The notes under the pieces: model-generated
The model's database searches: none
Told to the model about the DNA's origin: nothing
What the model saw: only the letters and a program-made list of their open reading frames with translations
Made by a program: the position numbers and the translations under genes
In this document: piece after piece, positions 16,124 through 22,596 of the stretch
Position numbering within the stretch: position 1 is the stretch's first letter
Layout of the letters: every line of letters starts with the position of its first letter
Assembly (NCBI GenBank): GCA_024277355.1
Contig: JAJRVL010000009.1
Span: 27,580 to 59,579, forward strand
Reading direction: 5' to 3'
Origin: an archaeon
GTDB taxonomy: Archaea > Iainarchaeota > Iainarchaeia > Iainarchaeales > 1-14-0-10-31-34
Length of the DNA stretch: 32,000 nucleotides

Positions 16124-18307
16124 CTAAATAGTTTTTCGCAACTCCTGAGATGTGGGCTGAATGCCGTCAACAAGCTTGTCAAGCTTTTCCTTAATTAAAT
16201 AAAAATCAAAATAACCATTATTTACTCGCAAAGCATATTTGATAATTTTGTAGAATTTATTCCTGTTATTTTTCAATACATCTGGATTCGAACTTAAATA
16301 AGCAGTAAGTTTTAGTAAATTGATTCTATCTATACAAGACACCCATATTTTTGATTTAATTTTAAATGCTTTATTTTTAGTTTTTTTTAATTGTTCTGAA
16401 AGAGATTCTTTAGCTTTATCAAAATCATCTTTGTCAGTCTCATAGGTTAAAAAAACATAATATTTTAATCCGCCGTGCTTCTTTACTTTAAAATTTCTTT
16501 CAAAATTATTCATATATTTTATATCTTTAGATATTTCTGTAGGAAATTTTATTCTCATTTCCTTTTTTTCTTTTATGTAACTACTTAACTTTGTCTTGGT
16601 ATATCTTTTTGCATCCCATAAAACAAATTGTGTAGTTCCCTGCCCTTCAAATGCAAATGCCCCATCCGCAAGTTTTGGACCGCCAAGTTTTTGATTATGT
16701 GGAAACATAAAATTTAATATTGCATAAATACTGTTTTCAAATTCTTCGGGGGTAGGGGGACTGGGAGCTTTTACAATAGTTATGGCGGCTCTGAAAGATT
16801 CATACATTAGATCGGAACTTTTTTCTATTGCTTCTTGAATGAGTGAAATTATTTTATCACTTTTTTTTCCTGCAAGCCAATCAATAAATTGTAATCCTTC
16901 AACATTACTTAATCCAACCATGTTTGAATTGAGCTCTCCTTTTAATTTTATTATTATTAACGGAATTCCTAATAGTTTTAATTTTTCAAATTTTTCTTTT
17001 CCAATACTGTTCTTACTAAAATATAAATAGAAATATTTTCCTCCTTTTTCAATTCTAATTGCAAAATCGTTTTTGTTTAAATTAAGTGCTTTTGCCAAAT
17101 ATTTAGTTGTTTTTATTTTCTCTTTTTTTAGCAAATTAATTGTTTGAAATTCAATCTGTTTTTTATTTGGTTTAATAGAATAAGAAATAGTAAAAGATCT
17201 TCTGGCTGGGTTTCCACATTCACAAATTTTTTGCTTTATAGGTTTAATTACATCACAGGAAGGATTAGAACACCAATATAATTTATTCTGTTTTTTCCTT
17301 AGAAGTTTGACTTTTATCATTTCATTAAGTTTTGTGCCTACTTGAGGAAGATTAAAATAATATGGCTCAACATCTTGACGATAAATCACATTTGTTAATA
17401 TTTCATTAAAATCTAAATTGTCAAATATTATTTGCCCTTTATTAATTATATTCCTAAATTCTTTTGGCAAAGCATATCTTGAACCAAAATAAGTAATTTT
17501 TTTTCCTAATTTTGATTTATTAAACATTAATTTGGCTTGTCCAGAATTCCCAATAGACGTCTTTACTTGGTTTAAGGTATCTAAAGAAAAAGTAACAATG
17601 CCATCTTTTTCCCAATCTAAAGCTTGTTGCAAAGCATTTCCAGTCTTAGATTTAATTATTACTGACTCGCCAGAACCTGGAGCCTTTGTTCTTTTTAGAT
17701 CAATAAGGTAAAATTTTTGGTTTACTTTATTGAAAATATTCTTTATCTTCTCTTTATCTATTTTGATTGGTTCGTGTTTTGGCAACCATATAATATTTTT
17801 CACTTTTAGCCACCATAGAATCAATTCCTTTATTTTGTGGCTTATATTAAAAAATTCAACAATAATGTTTTCTTTATCAAAAACAATACAAAAAAAATTT
17901 TTACTCAAATTTTTATAACTTTTAATTGTTCTTGTAGTTAAACCAGTTCCAGGTTCCACGTATCCAATGATTACAATTATTTTTCTACCATGTTTTTTTG
18001 CATAAATGACGGCAAGTTCTCTTTTACTTTTAAATAATTTTTTATTATAACTCAAAACAATTCTTTTGAACAAATTTTTGATTTTCTTTTCTCCTGTAAG
18101 AATTTTATTACATTGAATAGTTTCAGTGCTATTCCCCTTAGAAATTTCTTTTAAACAATAAGCTGCAATAATGGTTTTTTGATTTATTTTTCCATCTTTT
18201 GAAATTAATTCTAGTTCTGTCTTATAATCTTCTTTAAATTGATCTAGATCATCACCATAAGTTCTCTGCAATCCGATATAAGAAAAGCTGTCAGTTAATT
18301 TCGCCAT
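16124..18307 (-). CDS. 727-aa multidomain protein: unknown N-terminal ~500 aa with an internal Zn ribbon, plus a C-terminal FokI-type PD-(D/E)XK cleavage domain
   Basis: C-terminal EFENSIYAILNFMFPHNQKLGGPKLADGAFAFEGQGTTQFVLWDAKRY aligns with the FokI cleavage domain as I recall it (ILEMKVMEFFMKVYGYRGKHLGGSRKPDGAIYTVGSPIDYGVIVDTKAY). The D-x16-D-x-K spacing is identical (D codons at 16664-16666 and 16613-16615). Zn ribbon CSNPSC-x11-CEC at about 17.21-17.28 kb. Confidence 0.65.
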   Translation of the reverse strand: MAKLTDSFSYIGLQRTYGDDLDQFKEDYKTELELISKDGKINQKTIIAAYCLKEISKGNSTETIQCNKILTGEKKIKNLFKRIVLSYNKKLFKSKRELAVIYAKKHGRKIIVIIGYVEPGTGLTTRTIKSYKNLSKNFFCIVFDKENIIVEFFNISHKIKELILWWLKVKNIIWLPKHEPIKIDKEKIKNIFNKVNQKFYLIDLKRTKAPGSGESVIIKSKTGNALQQALDWEKDGIVTFSLDTLNQVKTSIGNSGQAKLMFNKSKLGKKITYFGSRYALPKEFRNIINKGQIIFDNLDFNEILTNVIYRQDVEPYYFNLPQVGTKLNEMIKVKLLRKKQNKLYWCSNPSCDVIKPIKQKICECGNPARRSFTISYSIKPNKKQIEFQTINLLKKEKIKTTKYLAKALNLNKNDFAIRIEKGGKYFYLYFSKNSIGKEKFEKLKLLGIPLIIIKLKGELNSNMVGLSNVEGLQFIDWLAGKKSDKIISLIQEAIEKSSDLMYESFRAAITIVKAPSPPTPEEFENSIYAILNFMFPHNQKLGGPKLADGAFAFEGQGTTQFVLWDAKRYTKTKLSSYIKEKKEMRIKFPTEISKDIKYMNNFERNFKVKKHGGLKYYVFLTYETDKDDFDKAKESLSEQLKKTKNKAFKIKSKIWVSCIDRINLLKLTAYLSSNPDVLKNNRNKFYKIIKYALRVNNGYFDFYLIKEKLDKLVDGIQPTSQELRKTI

Positions 18308-18352
18308 TATTATCGCACACCATAAATTCTTTATTAAAACAAATAAATAAGT

Positions 18353-19495
18353 TCAATTGACAAATCCTCCTTTAAACGCTTTCTGCATCAAACAATCAAA
18401 TAAAATATTAATTTCTTCTGTTGATTGGCTTTGTTTGTATTTTAAAGTCATAAGAGAATCAAAAAACAATGAAAATTTTTTTTGTAAATCCAAAGGAGGA
18501 GTTACAATCTCAAGGTTCCTTAAAATTGTAAGATTAAGCCCGCTCCTAAAACCATCTCCTGTAATATTTCTTAGTTCGTTATATCTTGTTTTTAAATTGA
18601 CGTGCAAATATTCAGAAGTAATTTTAGAATAATCTGGAGAAATGGATGCAACGGACTGATTACTTGTGGTGTTCACTTTTAGAATTCCTGTAGTGCCCCT
18701 TGTTTTTCCTTGCCCATTTAATGCAATTACCACATCTCCTATTTTATACAATTTAGCATTAGAATTCTTTAAACCTAATTTTGTAATTTTATTAGGAACA
18801 TTAATTATGTAATCTGATTTAATATTTCCTGATTTCATCCAATTTATTGTTCCTTTTTCAAAATATTCTATAAATTTCTTATTAGGGGTTCCCCCCATAT
18901 CAAGTTTAGCAATATCTTTTAATTTTAGTTTAGGCCATTGTTTCTCATTTTTAGCAGGCCCTCCAAATATTTCATGAAAGACATTTTTTAAAATTTTATT
19001 TGTTTCTTCATTTACTTGATTTCTTTTTTCTTTCAGCTTTTCAGCTTGTTCAAGAATAGAAACAATTTGTTTTTGAATGGGCATTGGAGGAACAATTAAT
19101 TTTTTTCTTTTTAGAAACCGATAATGTCTACTATACCCTCCAGATTCAAGAGGCAAATATTTTAGTTGATAATACATAAATTTAGCGTTCAATAAATCCT
19201 TTTTAGGGAGTAAAACTTTAGTGCCATCAGCTCCAACACAGAAGCTGAAATCAGCATATTTAATTCTTTTAGTATGGTCTCCAAATATTACTACAGGATT
19301 GCCATAAGGATATAATTTACTTTTATCATCACAATACCCTGCAATCTGTTTTTCCCCTTGATCTATTATTGGAAATTTTCCTTTTTCTTTAAATTCTGAC
19401 TTTTTGATTTTTATAGCAGATGGAACGCTATCAGTCTCTAAGCAATCTTTGAATTCTTTTTCTTCCCATTTTTTTGACAATTTTTGATTATTCAT
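18353..19495 (-). CDS. hsdS: type I restriction-modification specificity subunit HsdS
   Basis: Two target-recognition halves are separated by a conserved helical spacer (QKQIVSILEQAEKLKEKRNQVNEETNKILKNVFHEIFG), with a matching C-terminal helix (LQKKFSLFFDSL...LFDCLMQKAFKG). The ATG at 19495 (MNNQKLSKKWEEKEF) has GGAGA 6 nt upstream; the track start at 19540 is less likely. Confidence 0.85.
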   Translation of the reverse strand: MNNQKLSKKWEEKEFKDCLETDSVPSAIKIKKSEFKEKGKFPIIDQGEKQIAGYCDDKSKLYPYGNPVVIFGDHTKRIKYADFSFCVGADGTKVLLPKKDLLNAKFMYYQLKYLPLESGGYSRHYRFLKRKKLIVPPMPIQKQIVSILEQAEKLKEKRNQVNEETNKILKNVFHEIFGGPAKNEKQWPKLKLKDIAKLDMGGTPNKKFIEYFEKGTINWMKSGNIKSDYIINVPNKITKLGLKNSNAKLYKIGDVVIALNGQGKTRGTTGILKVNTTSNQSVASISPDYSKITSEYLHVNLKTRYNELRNITGDGFRSGLNLTILRNLEIVTPPLDLQKKFSLFFDSLMTLKYKQSQSTEEINILFDCLMQKAFKGGFVN

Positions 19496-19976
19496 TATTA
19501 TTCTCCTTAAAGTTTTTTTTCTCATATTCCAGAATTGCATCTATTGTGAAAGGCATAGTAGTAGTTCTTTTCCCATATTTAGGGGAAACTGATTCTCTAT
19601 TTATTTGCTGTTGAAATCCAACTATTTGTGACTTGAATAGTTGAGCTTCTTCAAAAGGAAGATTTTTGTCTACAAATTTTTTTAAGTATTCAATGCCCTT
19701 TTCAATTTTCTCTTTTTGACTAAGTTCTTTTCCAATATTTTTTGTTTCTTCTTTCTCACAGTAATGTATATGGAACTGTTTGTGAAGAGAGTGTTCTTTT
19801 GGGTGTTTACTCTCTTCTAGTCTAATAATTGGTTTGTGATTTCTATTTTCCTGAAGTTCATCAAGAAGAATAACAAAATCCTCTTCTCCAGAATTGCTTT
19901 TTTCTATGTTAAATCGTAACTGATATTTTTTAGTAGAGGTGTTTATTACAAATTCTCTTTTATTTTTATTAATCAT
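19488..19976 (-). CDS. hypothetical 162-aa protein embedded between hsdM and hsdS
   Basis: ORF with no motif I recognise (Lys/Glu/His-rich, HKQFHIHYCEKEE). Its last codons overlap the hsdS start (ATGAATAA at 19488-19495). Confidence 0.55.
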   Translation of the reverse strand: MINKNKREFVINTSTKKYQLRFNIEKSNSGEEDFVILLDELQENRNHKPIIRLEESKHPKEHSLHKQFHIHYCEKEETKNIGKELSQKEKIEKGIEYLKKFVDKNLPFEEAQLFKSQIVGFQQQINRESVSPKYGKRTTTMPFTIDAILEYEKKNFKENNNE

Positions 19977-20005
19977 TTTATTATTCCCTTAAATTCTTGA
20001 AAATT

Positions 20006-20665
20006 TCATTTTTGTTCCACGCCTATAAGTTTAATATATATTTCGTTAATGTTGTAATTATCTTTTTTTTGTAATTTAAAAGATATTTGATATGGCCTAA
20101 AATTATCTCCACTAAAAAGTAAATTTAACTCATATTTTCCAGGCAATAATGTTTCAGGTATCCCTATAGGAATTGAATGGTACTTTTCAAAGTGAATTTT
20201 TTTATCCGTATTAACAGCTACTGCCACATCAATGAATTCTTGCTCTCCAATACCAATTGATAGCCTTTCCGCGTTTCGTTGATCAAGTATTAACTCTGGT
20301 CTACTGGCCCACTTTAATGGAAAGCCTTCGTAATCATTTAATACTTCACTTTCCTTAACAATGTTAAATATTTGACATCTACAGTTGATTGCAGGGTTTT
20401 TTCCATTATTTTTAACTTTCATTCTTAGAAATGTTCCTAATGGTTTTATCTCGTTAACAACTGAAGCACTCTTAAGTTTTAAATTTCCAATGGCAATATT
20501 TTCTTTTCTAAATGGAACTTTTTCTTTATACTCGAATTCAAGTTTCGGTTTTTTCCAGAATGGAAGTATAAAATCTTTCAAAAGGGCAATTAATATTGCA
20601 ACAAATGAGATTATTATTGCCCAGATTTCTATTTGAATACCAACTATTAATATTTTTTCAGCCAT
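20006..20665 (-). CDS. hypothetical 219-aa single-pass membrane protein embedded between hsdM and hsdS
   Basis: N-terminal TM helix ILIVGIQIEIWAIIISFVAILIALL followed by a ~185-aa soluble domain with no recognisable motif. The ATG at 20665 directly abuts the hsdM stop TAG (20666-20668). Confidence 0.6.
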   Translation of the reverse strand: MAEKILIVGIQIEIWAIIISFVAILIALLKDFILPFWKKPKLEFEYKEKVPFRKENIAIGNLKLKSASVVNEIKPLGTFLRMKVKNNGKNPAINCRCQIFNIVKESEVLNDYEGFPLKWASRPELILDQRNAERLSIGIGEQEFIDVAVAVNTDKKIHFEKYHSIPIGIPETLLPGKYELNLLFSGDNFRPYQISFKLQKKDNYNINEIYIKLIGVEQK

Positions 20666-22156
20666 CTAAACAAGCCTCTTCAATTCTTCTAATTGATTAG
20701 TTATCTCTTTTTCAAGCTTCAATACTTTTTCAATTATTTTTTTTGGTGGTTCGTATTTTATTTCTTCAAATTTAATTTCTTGATAGCGTGAAATGCTTAG
20801 ATTGTATTCATTTTCTTTTATTTTTTTGAATGGAACTTTAATACTGTTTTCTGAAACTTCTTTTGACTTAAATTTTTTTGTTATGTCTGGAATGTCTCCT
20901 TTCCCATCCTTAAATTGTCTTTTATCGTCTAAACTAAAACCATCATCTTTCATTTCATAAAACCAAACGGAATCTGTTTGGCCTCCTTTAATAAAAATTA
21001 GAACTGCTGTTCCTACTCCAGAATAAGGTTTGAATACCCCTGAAGGCATTGAAATAACTGCTTCTAACTGGCATTTTTCTAATAAAAGTTTTCTGGCTGA
21101 CTTGTGTGCATTACTGCTTCCAAACAACACTCCATTTGGAACAATTATAGCTGCTCTTCCCCCTTGTTCAAGCAAATTATAAAACAATTCAATAAACAAT
21201 AATTCTGTTTTAGTAGTTCCTACTTTGAATATATCATTAATGTCGCTTTTGTCAATTGAACCAGTAAAAGGAGGATTAGCTAACACTACATCAAATTTTT
21301 TGCTTAAATCAAAATTTTTGGATAAAGAGTCAGCGTATTTAATGTTTGGGTTTTCAATTCCATGCAAAATCATATTCATTAAAGCAATTCTAACCATTGT
21401 AGTGTCAACATCAAAACCAAAAAAAGTATTCCGCTTTAAAAAACTCCAAGCTTTCTTGTTAGTGCCAATTTTATCTCCAATCAAATTATGAGGAGTTCCA
21501 TCTTCATCATATTTAATTGAATCCTTTGAAGTATTTTTTTCTAAAATATGATAATAACAATTTATTAGAAAACCAGAAGTTCCACATGCAGGATCGCAAA
21601 CAGTTTCTCCAATTTTAGGATTAACTAACTCAACCATCATTCTAATAATATGTCTTGGAGTTCTAAACTGTCCGTTTTTTCCAGAAGTTTGAATTTCTTT
21701 CAATAAGTATTCATAAATGTCTCCTAAAGTGTCTCCATTAGCAGTTAAAGCAGAATCATATAATTCATCAATAATGCTGACTGCTTCCTGCAACAAAGAA
21801 GGTTTTGGAATAATAAAAACAGCATCCTTCATGTTTTCAGAAAAAAGAGTGTCTCCTCCTCTCCTAATATTTTTAATGAAAGGAAAAACTTTATCTCTTA
21901 CGTGTTGAATCATTTGCTCTGAACTATAATGCTTCCAATTACTCCAAAGGCAATCTTCATTTCCTTCAAACACTGACTCAAATTTTTCTTTCCTTGCAAT
22001 AGCTTGATTTTTGTGCATTTCATCCAAGTCTTCTAATCTCTTCATGAAAATTAAATAAGAAATTTGTTCAATAGCAGTCAAAGGGTTAGCTATTCCTCCA
22101 GCCCAAAATTTATCCCATAACTGGCTAATTTTAGATTTAAGTTCAGCGTTTAACAT
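20666..22156 (-). CDS. hsdM: type I restriction-modification N6-adenine DNA methyltransferase HsdM
   Basis: SAM motif VCDPACGTSGFL and catalytic motif VLANPPFTGS, with an HsdM-type N-terminal helical domain. GGAGGC lies 8 nt upstream of the ATG. Confidence 0.9.
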   Translation of the reverse strand: MLNAELKSKISQLWDKFWAGGIANPLTAIEQISYLIFMKRLEDLDEMHKNQAIARKEKFESVFEGNEDCLWSNWKHYSSEQMIQHVRDKVFPFIKNIRRGGDTLFSENMKDAVFIIPKPSLLQEAVSIIDELYDSALTANGDTLGDIYEYLLKEIQTSGKNGQFRTPRHIIRMMVELVNPKIGETVCDPACGTSGFLINCYYHILEKNTSKDSIKYDEDGTPHNLIGDKIGTNKKAWSFLKRNTFFGFDVDTTMVRIALMNMILHGIENPNIKYADSLSKNFDLSKKFDVVLANPPFTGSIDKSDINDIFKVGTTKTELLFIELFYNLLEQGGRAAIIVPNGVLFGSSNAHKSARKLLLEKCQLEAVISMPSGVFKPYSGVGTAVLIFIKGGQTDSVWFYEMKDDGFSLDDKRQFKDGKGDIPDITKKFKSKEVSENSIKVPFKKIKENEYNLSISRYQEIKFEEIKYEPPKKIIEKVLKLEKEITNQLEELKRLV

Positions 22157-22539
22157 TATTTTTTGCCTCCTTTAATTTTCTTTATATTAGTAGGAACAAG
22201 AACAGAGTCTTTTCTTGTTTTTTTAATGTAAGAATTTCTTGTATTCAAAACAGAATTCATTTGACTTAAAAGGTTTTCAAGAAACAAAGGAGTTAACTTT
22301 TCTCCTACACTAATTTTTTCTCCGTCATCAAACTCAACACTCCAAGAAAAACAATCATTATTTTTGTCGTAAACAAATTTATTTACTCCAGCTTTATTTA
22401 ATGGAATTAATTTAGAAACATTGCTTTCAATTAAATTTTTAATAAAAAGAGAAGTAGTTATTTTTTCTTTTTCACAGTAATGCTTTAATTGAGAAAAAGT
22501 TAAGCGATCAATTTTAGAGCTAACAGTTATGTAATCCAT
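22156..22539 (-). CDS. 127-aa protein with an N-terminal ribbon-helix-helix (CopG-like) fold; candidate regulator of the hsdM block
   Basis: ITVSSKIDRLTFSQLKHYCEKEKITTSLFIKNLIES fits a strand-helix-helix pattern. The stop overlaps the hsdM ATG (TAATG). The C-terminal ~80 aa are unknown. Confidence 0.5.
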   Translation of the reverse strand: MDYITVSSKIDRLTFSQLKHYCEKEKITTSLFIKNLIESNVSKLIPLNKAGVNKFVYDKNNDCFSWSVEFDDGEKISVGEKLTPLFLENLLSQMNSVLNTRNSYIKKTRKDSVLVPTNIKKIKGGKK

Positions 22540-22560
22540 GAAAGAACTTTATAAAAAACA

Positions 22561-22595
22561 ATTTATAAATGAAACCTGTCTATTCAGGTATACCT
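22561..22595 (-). promoter_or_regulatory. candidate promoter/operator: TATA-like ATTTATAAAT plus nested palindromes ACCTG-N6-CAGGT / AGGTATACCT
   Basis: ATTTATAAAT (22561-22570) is centred about 26 nt upstream of the RHH ATG (22539), consistent with a leaderless mRNA. ACCTG (22574-22578) / CAGGT (22585-22589) and the perfect 10-bp palindrome AGGTATACCT (22586-22595) lie just upstream. Confidence 0.4.
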
Positions 22596-22596
22596 C

